From Candidatus Bathyarchaeota archaeon (GTDB lineage Archaea > Thermoproteota > Bathyarchaeia > 40CM-2-53-6): a DNA stretch of 64,000 nucleotides. The stretch is from assembly GCA_963726255.1 (NCBI GenBank), contig CAVSBL010000002.1:448001-512000 (forward strand). Reading direction: 5' to 3'. The notes under the pieces are model-generated. The model was given only the letters and a program-made list of their open reading frames with translations, was not told the DNA's origin and ran no database searches. The first letter of the stretch is position 1. Each line of letters opens with the position of its first letter. The translations under genes were made by a program, and so were the position numbers. Below, in pieces: positions 50,464 to 60,114 of the stretch.

Positions 50464-51807
50464 TTAGTTGTTGAAGCGCAGGCGCAAGTCATTGTATCGA
50501 TCAGCGATGAGGCTGACTGGGTCGTAATCGGTTTCTCTTAGTGACATCATCTCTATCAAGTCCTCATCCTGCAGTAGCAGGATCACCTTTCCATTCTTGT
50601 ATTGGCTAATTTGCTCTCTGTATGCCGACTCAGCAGGTGGGAGCCGGCTCACGAGTAAGGCAAGCATTCCGACGCCCCTTTCATCAAGATATCTTGACAC
50701 GGCATTCACTTCCACTTCTGTTATCGGCGTCGAGTAGTTCTTGGCGTCCACGACGATGTACCACAGCTTGCATAGCTTTTTCATATACTTGAGAAATCCT
50801 GCACTGCCGGCTGGAACTTCAAGTACTATATCACGCTCATGCCCGTCAAGGGTTCTGGGTTTCATTCGCGGGGTCTTTAGAGGTGGGCAGAGCGCGTGAC
50901 CGAGAGCCTTTGCAACTATGAGTTCAAAATCGGAGCAGTGTTCTTGGCCGGGTCTGCAGTTGAACAGGGCCACAGCTATCTCTTGTCCTTTCGTCCTAAG
51001 GTCAGCGAAATCCTCAAGAAGCTTCTGGTTCTTCATCAGGCGCTTTTGTATAATCTTTGAAAGTTTATGTAGCGTATGTGAATCGAGGGATGCCACACCG
51101 GAAACTATGTGATCGAAGAGTTCTGCTACGTTCGGGGCTTCTTGGATGAAATTCTGATATCGTGACGATACTGTCTGTTGATTGTTTCCCTTGCGATACT
51201 CTGTGCCGTGGCCCGTGTCTCGGGGATCGATTGCTCCCGATTCAGAGTCCTCTATTAGAGCCTTCGGAAGTTCCTGAGCGTACGGATTAATGATGGACTT
51301 CCTAACCTCTCCGAACTCGGTTTTGCTTTTCTCGGTGGCTGGATATACAACCCAACTCATCGGATGAGTCAGGCACCTCCCGATGTTAGTGTTCACGACT
51401 AACAGCGCATTCTTCAGCTCATGTTGGCTACGAAAGGCTCGCCTCTCGACCAGCTTGCTGAGAACTAGGTCCGGGCCTATCATGCCATTCGAACCGATGA
51501 CATCAGCAATGCACAGGAGATTCATCCATTCACTTTTAGGATGTTTCTCAAGAAGTTCGTTGAACAGTCGTAGTCGTTTCTCTGGCTCCAGTTTTGGGTC
51601 AAAGATTGCTCTGACGGTTTCTACCATTTCATCCGTAACGGAAGTGGGGATCGACCGCACATATTGAAGTTCATTAGAGCTAAGCGCTTGCTCAACCGGT
51701 ACAATATATTTGACTAGAGATCCGCCAGTCAATTCCGGATTATTGTTGACAAGGGGGGAGCGCACTGGACGCCCGAGTCCATTTGACGACGGACGGACAG
51801 ATTCCAT
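50464..51807 (-). CDS. Protein with C-terminal Mrr-like restriction endonuclease domain
   Basis: FELIV..ERDIVL..VVDAKNY..VNAVSRY. Confidence 0.75.
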   Translation of the reverse strand: MESVRPSSNGLGRPVRSPLVNNNPELTGGSLVKYIVPVEQALSSNELQYVRSIPTSVTDEMVETVRAIFDPKLEPEKRLRLFNELLEKHPKSEWMNLLCIADVIGSNGMIGPDLVLSKLVERRAFRSQHELKNALLVVNTNIGRCLTHPMSWVVYPATEKSKTEFGEVRKSIINPYAQELPKALIEDSESGAIDPRDTGHGTEYRKGNNQQTVSSRYQNFIQEAPNVAELFDHIVSGVASLDSHTLHKLSKIIQKRLMKNQKLLEDFADLRTKGQEIAVALFNCRPGQEHCSDFELIVAKALGHALCPPLKTPRMKPRTLDGHERDIVLEVPAGSAGFLKYMKKLCKLWYIVVDAKNYSTPITEVEVNAVSRYLDERGVGMLALLVSRLPPAESAYREQISQYKNGKVILLLQDEDLIEMMSLRETDYDPVSLIADRYNDLRLRFNN

Positions 51808-52130
51808 CGCACTTTCCCTTTGACCTTATGATAAGCTTCCTTTGTCGTTCACTCCATGACCTATGACGGACTCATGTTCGTCGCACGATGTATAAAAAAC
51901 TTGACAAGTCAGTCTAGGGGATTTGACATCATGAGATAAGCATAGACATGTTAAGACGTTGCAGTTCGTTCTAACTGAGATTAATCCATAGCGGAAATAT
52001 GACGCGTTCGTGTCAAGAACGCCGGAATATGCGGCTACATTTGCACCAAGCGTCAACAGGAGAGTCAAAATGCTGAAATGTCTTTGCTGAGGGGCGCAGG
52101 TCTCCCTAAGTCTAAAGGTGTTGGTTAGGA

Positions 52131-52436
52131 ATGACAAGAGCCAAAGGTGATTATGTGAAGGTCCTTGAGAAGATTGACGGGATATCCGCTAAAATTGTAT
52201 ACGACGATACAATCGCGCGGATTGTAGAGACCATCTCGCAATCTCCTAGAATTCATCAAAGAGGGATTGCTACCAAGGCTAAAGTGAGTCGAGGGCTCTG
52301 CTCGTATCATCTCAAGAATTTGGCGAACGGCGGCATTGTGAAGATTGTTGATACGGGCTACAAGAAGTTCTACGTCCTCTCTGAGGATGGCAGGCGCGCT
52401 CTTGAACTCAGGAGAAGCATCTTCCCCGGTCACTAG
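52131..52436 (+). CDS. Winged-helix regulator
   Basis: PRIHQRGIA..SRGLCSYHLKNL..YVLSEDG. Confidence 0.75.
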   Translation: MTRAKGDYVKVLEKIDGISAKIVYDDTIARIVETISQSPRIHQRGIATKAKVSRGLCSYHLKNLANGGIVKIVDTGYKKFYVLSEDGRRALELRRSIFPGH

Positions 52437-52769
52437 CCCCCGGTTGGGCAGCGAGTAGCGCCGAAGGAATAGGCATCGCTCTGTCCTACATGAAGTGACA
52501 ATCAGGCCTCCTCAGGTTTGAGTTGCAATCGATACACCCGTAGATTACCTGCTCCTGAAGCTTCGGCTTTCCATCAGGCCCAAACACATTCATGCGTGCA
52601 ATCTTTGGGTAGGGAGAGTAGAACGGTTTCCTCTTGGAGCAAAATGGGTATTCAATTCAGTGCGCTTCTTCACGTTGAAATCTTATCTTCACGATGTCTG
52701 AAGGTACATCCCACCAACTGCCGGTCTTTTCATTGATCGTATTTATCCATGCGATTCTAGTCTGAAATG

Positions 52770-52921
52770 TGGTGCGGCCGCCGGGATTCGGACCCGGGTT
52801 TCCCCGTTGCTATTATGCAACTTTGAGGCTTGGGAAGCCCCCGTCATAGACCAGGCTGCCCTTCCAACCTCTCCAGGTTGGGAACTGGACCACGGCCTAA
52901 TGGAGCAATCCATGCTCACGC
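52770..52921 (-). tRNA. tRNA-Gly(CCC) with three BHB introns: 52897-52918 (3/4), 52856-52884 (15/16), 52800-52822 (45/46); CCA encoded
   Basis: Spliced sequence GCGGCCG TG GTCC AGCCTGGTCTA TGAC G GGGGC TTCCCAA GCCTC AAAC CCGGG TCCGAAT CCCGG CGGCCGC ACCA; each intron forms a BHB. Confidence 0.9.
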
Positions 52922-53013
52922 ACTCAGAGTCCAGCCACGACGACCGCAAATCGAGAAAGCTCGAGCTCACAATAAAAATCTCCCGACTCCAGCGGAAGAA
53001 ATAGAAGCGTGGA

Positions 53014-53466
53014 TTACCAAATGCCGCATTCCGCACTGGCACTACATGTTTCTCTCAGCTTCCTCAGCAAAGCGCTATCCCTCGACAGGCGCCGAAGAGT
53101 TTTGCTGGTTACGCCGGCGACTTCCAGCTTGTCGAAGGGTAAAAGTTTCAGAATGATGTTCGTGCACATTGTCAGCTCTTCCTGACTAAGCGAAGCCTCC
53201 GCATTGGCTAGCACAGCCGCCATGGTTGCAGTAACGAATGCGTCGCCAATAGTCACATCCTTCAGGCGAGTTCCTTTAGCTGCCTTCGTGAACAGTTTCA
53301 CGAGGTTGTTTCCGATTTCTTCACGCATTTCGTCGGAGAGAATGTACCCTTGTACGGGTATGAAAGTTTCAGGGTCCTTCGTACTCTTTCTCATGATTAT
53401 TCCCCGTTCAAGCATCCAAGATAGGGCAGCTGCAGGTGTGCCCCCTTCGAATATCACGTGCTGCAT
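53014..53466 (-). CDS. Hypothetical protein
   Basis: 150-aa ORF in frame with the upstream ORF. Confidence 0.55.
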   Translation of the reverse strand: MQHVIFEGGTPAAALSWMLERGIIMRKSTKDPETFIPVQGYILSDEMREEIGNNLVKLFTKAAKGTRLKDVTIGDAFVTATMAAVLANAEASLSQEELTMCTNIILKLLPFDKLEVAGVTSKTLRRLSRDSALLRKLRETCSASAECGIW

Positions 53467-53493
53467 GGATGCATTCCTTGCAAACTGATCAGG

Positions 53494-53988
53494 CTAGGCA
53501 CCCACCATTCCCTGGTGCTCTTGTCGTCGCAAGTCAGTGGCATGTGTGGGAAGATCGAGTAAGAGTGCCCTGGCGACATCGATGGTTTCTTCCTTTGCCT
53601 TGTCGGCCAGTCCGTCGGCGAGTTTCGAAACTTGTCGGAGAGGTGGCGAGATTTCGCACAGAGCGTCAATTTCACCTTCGAACTCTTTGAAGATGAATCC
53701 GTCAGCGCAGATTCCGCTCAACATCTCCCCCATCATTCTCTTCGATCGCTTTGTGACTACGTACTGGGCTGAATCAAGCTCCTCAAGCAGTGTGCAGAGT
53801 CCTTTATCGTCCGCGGAGAATTGCTTGGCTGAACCTTCGGAGACCTGCATTGCCTGCTTAACGAGTTTCGGCCGGTAACCTGGTCGTCCCATAAAGCGTC
53901 TCACATATTTTTCAGCTTCTAGAATCGGGACCCTATCGATGAGGCGCACGCGGGGAAGAGAAAGAAGGGTTTCAATTGGGCGTGGCAT
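53494..53988 (-). CDS. Hypothetical protein
   Basis: 164-aa ORF. Confidence 0.55.
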   Translation of the reverse strand: MPRPIETLLSLPRVRLIDRVPILEAEKYVRRFMGRPGYRPKLVKQAMQVSEGSAKQFSADDKGLCTLLEELDSAQYVVTKRSKRMMGEMLSGICADGFIFKEFEGEIDALCEISPPLRQVSKLADGLADKAKEETIDVARALLLDLPTHATDLRRQEHQGMVGA

Positions 53989-54049
53989 TGCCGAAGATAG
54001 TGTGGCATGGAAACGCGTTATAATGATTGCTGAAGGAGGGGAGTGTGGT

Positions 54050-56268
54050 CTACGCTTCCATGAAGTCTTCTGCCTTTTGTGGTTCAGGTGGTAGGCCCTT
54101 GCGTTCGCGTATGCCCGTGATGACCTGGTTGATCAACGATTGCGGTACAGGTGCCCAGTGGGCGAACTCCAACCCCCAGAATGCCCGGCCTTGAGAAGCG
54201 CCCCGCATAACCTCTGAGAGGTCAAAGCTCTCAGCTGTGGGCAACTCCCCTACTACATAGACGAGGTGCCCGCGCTGGTCTACTGAAACGATTTTCCCAC
54301 GTTTCTGCGAGATTACACTTGTTGCGGCTCCAAGTAGCTCTGGGGGTACCTTCACCGTGATTCTTTGGACTGGTTCCAGCAGAACTGGGTTTGCGCTGAG
54401 GAATGCGACGAAGAATGCCCTTCTACTCATTGGCATGATCTGCGCTGGGCCTCTGTGGACGGGGTCTTCATGGAGTGAAATGTCCGTAACCTTCACCTTC
54501 ACGCCTCGGATTTGCTCATACGCAAGTGGGCCTTCCTTGAGTCCCCAACGGTAACCTGCAATAACCATTTCCTTAACCTCTTGGACGTACTGGGCTCCTT
54601 TCGTCACTTCCACAAGCATGTTGCTCCCTTCGTCAACGCTCCAAACCCCACGGGCTTCGTCGGGGGGCCATCCTTCCTCGCGAAGTATCTTTGCCATTTC
54701 GTGGCGGTCTTGGTATTCTCCAATCTTGCCCTCTTTGAGCATGCTGATTATCTTGTCAGGTAGAGGCTCGACGGAGAGGTAGATCTTGTTGTGTTTGTTT
54801 GGCGATTTGCCTTCCACAGGGCCGGCGGTGCCTCTGATGCTTTCGCGGTAGATTACGATCGGTTTGGAGGTTACGATTTCCAAACCGGTTTTCGTTATCA
54901 GCGTGTTAGCTATTTCCAAGTGCAGTGTGCCCATTCCGGCTATGAGGTACTCGCCGGTTTCTTCGTTGATCTTCGTCACGAGGTTTGGGTCTTCGAGGCT
55001 AAGCCTGCGGAGTAGCTCCACGAGCTTAGGAAGGTCCCTGCTGTATTTCGGTTCGACTGCCATCGTAACTACGGGTTCCGTAACGTAATGGACGGCTTCG
55101 AAGGGTGCTATGTCCTTTATCGTCGACAGTGTTTCTCCGGCCTTTGCTGCATCGAGCCCTAGGAGGGCGGGGATGTTGCCAGCGCTTATTGTCCCCACGA
55201 TTTCGCGGTAGGGCCCCATGAATATGCATACTTGCTGAACCCTTTGGTCCACCCTCGCGCCAAGTAGGTGGAAGGTTGATCCTTCCGTGATTGTTCCTGA
55301 GAATAATCTTCCACTGGCAACTACTCCTGCCTGCGGGTCAACCACAATGTTCGTAATCGCCATGACCACGGGACCGTTGTCGTCACAATTCATCATAGCT
55401 TTGCCGACTTCGCTGTCTATGTTCCCCTTCCAAATCTTCGGAATCCGATACTTCTGTGCCACATGTGGCGGGGGCAAATGCTCCACGGCCATGTTGAGGA
55501 TGGCATCGTCAAGCGAGGCCCGCTCTCTTAGTTCGCTTACCTTTTCGTTCAGGTAGGCGTCGACGACATCTGAGAATTTGACATTCTTCTCCTTCGCAAT
55601 TTCCGCGTTGAAACCCCATCGGTCCTTGGCCGAACCCATGGCTACAGTGTTGGTTGCGAAGCTTACCTTCCATATCTCACGGTACTCGGGCTCAGCGTAG
55701 AGCTCGATGAGGCGGTTAAACTCGGTGATTATGCGCCCGATTCTCTCCTGAATCTGCTCGGGGGACAGTCTCAATTCCTTGATGAGGCGGTCAATCTTGT
55801 TAATGTAAAGCAAAGGCCGAACACGTTCCTCAAGCGCCTGCCTCGTCACCGTCTCCGTCTGAACCATAATCTCCTCAACAGAATCCACAACTACAACTGC
55901 GCCGTCAATCGCCCTAAGCGAGCGAGTCACTCTTCCTGAGAAGTCAACGTGGCCGGGGGTGTCGATTAGGTTGATGACGTAGGGGGTACCATTCCTCTCA
56001 TGGAGTAGGCTCACGTTCGCGGCCTTGATGGTCATCTGCCGCTTTTGCTCTTCTTCCATGTAGTCTAGGGCTAGTGCTGTCCCAGCCATGCCTGGTGACA
56101 GAAGGCCAGCAGCCGCAAGGAGGGAGTCGCTCATCGTCGTCTTGCCGTGGTCGACGTGGGCGATTATACCCATATCTTCCGGACGCAGCAACTAGGCTAC
56201 GTCATTCGGATTTGGTCCTTGTTAGCTATGATCCTCTGTATTTCCGTCGTAGATTTGTAACGGGGCAT
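54050..56268 (-). CDS. fusA: Elongation factor EF-2; exon 1 56205-56268, exon 2 54050-56175 (729 aa spliced)
   Basis: AHVDHGKT, DTPGH, NKID, diphthamide loop HEDPVHRGPAQ; the N-terminus MPRYKSTTEIQRIIANKDQIR-N joins only after intron removal. Confidence 0.95.
56176..56204 (-). other. 29-nt BHB-type pre-mRNA intron in EF-2
   Basis: A TCCG AA|T GACGTAGC CTAGTT GCTGCGTC CGGA AG|A T; contains an in-frame TAG. Confidence 0.88.
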
Positions 56269-56485
56269 ATTTTCTCAACTCTGCTCCGAAATCGCGATGG
56301 CAACATAACTCGATGTCATTAAAGCATTACTGTCTGGTGCCTCGTCAAGCCTCGGTCGGTTCAACCGAAAATCGGTCGTTGTGAAGCATCATAGGGTGGC
56401 TTGTGCGAATCCACGGCAGGAGAATTTCAGTATAGTTTTCCACAGAGAAAAGATCTGTAACGCATGATGAAACATTCAGCATGGG

Positions 56486-56623
56486 TCAGCAGGGTGCGAA
56501 CCAGGTACAGCCGAAAATTCTGAGCACCCATAGCATGTAACCCGCGAACAGCCCAATCAAGATGCCCGCCATTAGGGCAAAGAAGATGACCGCACCCAAT
56601 TTTCCTTCGGTTACAACGGACAT
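56486..56623 (-). CDS. 45-aa single-TM microprotein
   Basis: MSVVTEGKLGAVIFFALMAGILIGLFAGYMLWVLRIFGCTWFAPC (below the ORF cutoff). Confidence 0.5.
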   Translation of the reverse strand: MSVVTEGKLGAVIFFALMAGILIGLFAGYMLWVLRIFGCTWFAPC

Positions 56624-56734
56624 AGAAGCCACTTTGTCGGCACGGAATAAAACGGTTTGCAAATGGGTCGCCTTGGTGTGTGAACATGGTTAATTTGTCG
56701 CCTGTGAGTTCCAAGGAGTTTAGGTAGTTGGCCT

Positions 56735-57778
56735 TTGGGTTTCAACCTCTCCCCGCTCGTTGTTAAGCGGCAGCTGCGGTTGGATGACCTGAAGGGGCGA
56801 AGCCTCGCCGTTGACGCCAACAATATGCTCTACCAATTCCTCGCGCTAATCCGCATGCGGGACGGAAGGCCATTCACCGACTCGAAGGGCAACGTTACTT
56901 CGCACTTGGTTGGATTACTTCTTCGCACGACGCGTTTGATGGCAGATTATGGGATACGCCCAGTGTTCGTTTTTGATGGGAAGCCACCTGCGATGAAGAT
57001 GCGGACCTTGGAAGCACGGCGCCAGTACAGGGAAAAGGCGCGGAAGGAGTGGGAAACGGCTGTCCAACGCGGCGACTACTCAGCGGCTTGGTCGAAAGCG
57101 GTAAGGATGAACTCGCTGACGCAACCGATGCAAGAGGATGCTAGGAAACTGCTCGGGCTGCTTGGCGTCCCTTACGTTCAAGCCCCGCAAGAGGGTGAGG
57201 CTCAGGCTGCCCACATGGCGTCCAAGGGTGATGTCTGGGCTGCGAATAGCCGGGACTATGACTCTGTACTTTTCGGTGCTCCTCGGCTAGTTCGGTATGT
57301 AACGATATCTGGGCAAGAATTCTTGCCAAGCAAAGGAATCGCCCGCCCGCTCATACCTGAACTAATTGAACTTAACCAACTCCTGACGGCGCTAGGAATA
57401 ACTCGAGAGCAACTGATCGACCTAGCCATCCTAGTAGGGACCGACTTTAACCAAGGAGTTCGGGGAGTCGGACCTAAAACAGCCCTGAAACTCATCAGGG
57501 AACATGGAGGTCTTGAGAAACTGCCGGACCGATTCAAAACTCAGCTTCCTAACAACATTCAAGCGATACGCACAATCTTCCTCCACCCAGATGTAAGGGA
57601 GGATTACGAGATTCAATTCAAAGGCATGGACGAAGAAGGCCTCAGGAAATTCCTCTGCGAAGAACGTGGGTTCTCCCCAGATAGGGTCAATCTCGCAATT
57701 GAACGAATGCGAGCATTCTACGCCAAAGACCGTTCAACCCTCCAAAGCTGGCTAGGGGGCAACCAAGGAGGAGCATGA
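56735..57778 (+). CDS. fen: Flap endonuclease 1
   Basis: AVDANNMLYQFL, EGEAQA, DYDSVLFG, GTDFN, C-terminal PIP box QSWL. Confidence 0.96.
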   Translation: MGFNLSPLVVKRQLRLDDLKGRSLAVDANNMLYQFLALIRMRDGRPFTDSKGNVTSHLVGLLLRTTRLMADYGIRPVFVFDGKPPAMKMRTLEARRQYREKARKEWETAVQRGDYSAAWSKAVRMNSLTQPMQEDARKLLGLLGVPYVQAPQEGEAQAAHMASKGDVWAANSRDYDSVLFGAPRLVRYVTISGQEFLPSKGIARPLIPELIELNQLLTALGITREQLIDLAILVGTDFNQGVRGVGPKTALKLIREHGGLEKLPDRFKTQLPNNIQAIRTIFLHPDVREDYEIQFKGMDEEGLRKFLCEERGFSPDRVNLAIERMRAFYAKDRSTLQSWLGGNQGGA

Positions 57779-59377
57779 TTGCCGCCGGAGACTTCGTTTA
57801 ACCGGTTTACAGAAGTCTGCAAAGCGTTAGAGTCTACTACGAAAAGGACAGAGAAAGTAGCCTACCTAGTGGACTTCCTGAAATCCCTAAGCCGCGAAGA
57901 AATCACACCAGCCGTCTCCTTCCTAGTTGGTCGGCCTTTTCCCGAATCCGATGAGCGGGCGCTCGATATCGGAGGACAGACGCTTTGGAAGATTAATCGC
58001 GGAAGCGGCCAATCTGCCTTAATCTCAAAACCTGTAACAATCCTAGAGGTCTACAGAACCTTCGAGAAGATAGCGACCGCAAGTGGGTCAGGTTCGCGAC
58101 AGAGAAAGGAGACGCTTGTAGACACATTACTCAGCCGGCTTCCCAGAGCCGACGCCGAGTATTTGATGCGGATTATCTTCGGAGAGATGCGCATAGGCGC
58201 CGTAGAGGGCGTCGTCCTAGACGCAATAGCCCAAGCCGCATCCATCAACCCTGAGCGAGTTCGTAGGGCTAACATGCTCATGGGAAACCTCGCCCAAGTT
58301 GCCGAACTGGCACTCACGAAGGGCCAGGAAGCCATCAAGGACGTGGGCGTGACTCTGTTCGTTCCCATCAAGCCTATGCTCGCGGAGATGGCACAAGATC
58401 TTCAGGAGGTTTTCAAAGAACACGGGGGGACAAGCGCCTTCGAATTCAAGTATGACGGTGCACGCATCCAAATTCACCGGAAGGACGGCACACTCAGAAT
58501 TTTCAGCAGAAGGCTAACCGACGTCACATTAAGCCTGCCGGACATAGTCGAGCTCGCAAGGAAACGCGTTCGTAGTGAGGAATTTCTAATCGAGGGCGAA
58601 GTGGTTGCAACCGGCCAGAATCAGAAGCCCCTTCCATTTCAGGATTTGATGAGGCGATTCAGGCGTGTACACGACGTTGACGTGATGCTGAAGGAAATTC
58701 CGCTCAAACTCTTCCTATTCGACGTCATCTATCTCGACGGAAACCTCCTGATTGATACTCCATACGAAAAAAGGTGGGAGACGCTCCGCATCGTAGTCGA
58801 CGAGCAACTACTGGCTACAAGGATCGTTACGAAAGACTTGGTTGAGGCGAAGAAGTTGATGCAAGCCTCAATCGAGGCAGGGCACGAGGGGCTGATGGCG
58901 AAGGACCTCAAGAGCAACTATGCGCCCGGTGTCCGAGGAAAGAAGTGGTTCAAGATCAAGCCCGCGGAAACATTGGACGTGGTCATCGTGGCTGCGGATT
59001 GGGGTTCCGGGAGAAGGCGGGGCTGGTTAAGTAATTATCATCTCGCCGTGCGGGACGAGGCGTCGGGAGAATTTCTAGTGGTCGGTAAGACCTTCAAAGG
59101 CCTCACCGACCAAGAATTCGTTGAAATCACAAAGAGATTGCTAGAGTTGAAGACTAAGGAAACAGATTACACCGTATATGTGAAGCCGTCGATTGTCGTT
59201 GAGGTAGCCTTCAACGAGATTCAACATAGCCCACACTACAAATCCGGGTTTGCCCTTCGCTTTGCGAGAATCGCTCGGTTCAGGGATGATAAACGGGTTG
59301 GGGACGCGGACACACTGCAAAGGCTCTCAAAGCTCTACCAGGACCAGTTCAGGTTCAAAGCTCCCGCAGAGTTCTAA
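57779..59377 (+). CDS. lig: ATP-dependent DNA ligase
   Basis: EFKYDGAR, EGEVV, HEGLMAK, ALRFARI. Confidence 0.96.
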   Translation: MPPETSFNRFTEVCKALESTTKRTEKVAYLVDFLKSLSREEITPAVSFLVGRPFPESDERALDIGGQTLWKINRGSGQSALISKPVTILEVYRTFEKIATASGSGSRQRKETLVDTLLSRLPRADAEYLMRIIFGEMRIGAVEGVVLDAIAQAASINPERVRRANMLMGNLAQVAELALTKGQEAIKDVGVTLFVPIKPMLAEMAQDLQEVFKEHGGTSAFEFKYDGARIQIHRKDGTLRIFSRRLTDVTLSLPDIVELARKRVRSEEFLIEGEVVATGQNQKPLPFQDLMRRFRRVHDVDVMLKEIPLKLFLFDVIYLDGNLLIDTPYEKRWETLRIVVDEQLLATRIVTKDLVEAKKLMQASIEAGHEGLMAKDLKSNYAPGVRGKKWFKIKPAETLDVVIVAADWGSGRRRGWLSNYHLAVRDEASGEFLVVGKTFKGLTDQEFVEITKRLLELKTKETDYTVYVKPSIVVEVAFNEIQHSPHYKSGFALRFARIARFRDDKRVGDADTLQRLSKLYQDQFRFKAPAEF

Positions 59378-59412
59378 GGTGTAGTAGCCGTGACTTCAAG
59401 GTGTAGTACAGA

Positions 59413-60096
59413 TTGAAGGTCGCAGTTCTCTTCAGCGGCGGCAAAGACAGCGCATTCGCACTATGGTGTGTCCAAATGCAGGGCTGGGACGTGGAAAGCC
59501 TACTCACCGTCATTCCAGAATCCCAAGAATCTTGGATGTTTCACTTTCCCGGCCTAACTTGGACCAAGCTGCAGGCCCAAGCCATGAGCCTACCACAACT
59601 AACCGTTAAGACCCGTGGTGAAAAAGAACGGGAATTAACCGATCTTGCCGACGGCCTTGAGCAACTCAAGAAATCATTAGGCATCGACACGGTGGTTTCA
59701 GGCGCGGTCGCAAGCGAATATCAGAGAACTCGAATCGACAACGTGTGCGAGACGCTCGGACTCAAGAGTATTGCCCCCCTCTGGCACAAGAACCAAGAAC
59801 AACTAGTTAGGGAGCAGATAGAATCCGGCTTTCAGATCATGGTAACAGCGTGCAACGCGCTCGGCCTTACCAAGGAGTGGCTGGGTAAGAAACTCGACGC
59901 CTCGGACTTGCCTAGACTGGTCGCCCTCCGAAAAAAGTACGGCCTTAATGTGGCATTCGAAGGGGGCGAAGCTGAAACCTTCGTCCTAGCCGCACCCATG
60001 TTCAAAGTGCCCCTTACCGTTGTTCGGTCCACGCCGCGTTGGCGTGACGATTCGGGGTACTTGGAGATAGAAGAAGTTCAGCTAGGCCCTCGGTAA
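59413..60096 (+). CDS. dph6: Diphthine--ammonia ligase (Dph6 family)
   Basis: FSGGKDS, SWMFH, SEYQ, EGGEAET. Confidence 0.88.
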   Translation: MKVAVLFSGGKDSAFALWCVQMQGWDVESLLTVIPESQESWMFHFPGLTWTKLQAQAMSLPQLTVKTRGEKERELTDLADGLEQLKKSLGIDTVVSGAVASEYQRTRIDNVCETLGLKSIAPLWHKNQEQLVREQIESGFQIMVTACNALGLTKEWLGKKLDASDLPRLVALRKKYGLNVAFEGGEAETFVLAAPMFKVPLTVVRSTPRWRDDSGYLEIEEVQLGPR

Positions 60097-60114
60097 CTAG
60101 GGTGTGGGACGCCC

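Noticed and set aside
53464-53503. BHB-like fold (ATGG/CCAT) around the in-frame TAG
   Set aside because: The excised piece would be 40 nt and create an immediate stop; the outer helix is missing
56174-56191. ORF-track TTG start (56191) for EF-2
   Set aside because: It lies inside the predicted intron and loses the conserved N-terminal IRN strand
56464-56523. Possible C/D-box sRNA (ATGATGA...CTGA)
   Set aside because: No clear D'/C' boxes, and it overlaps a plausible small membrane ORF on the other strand
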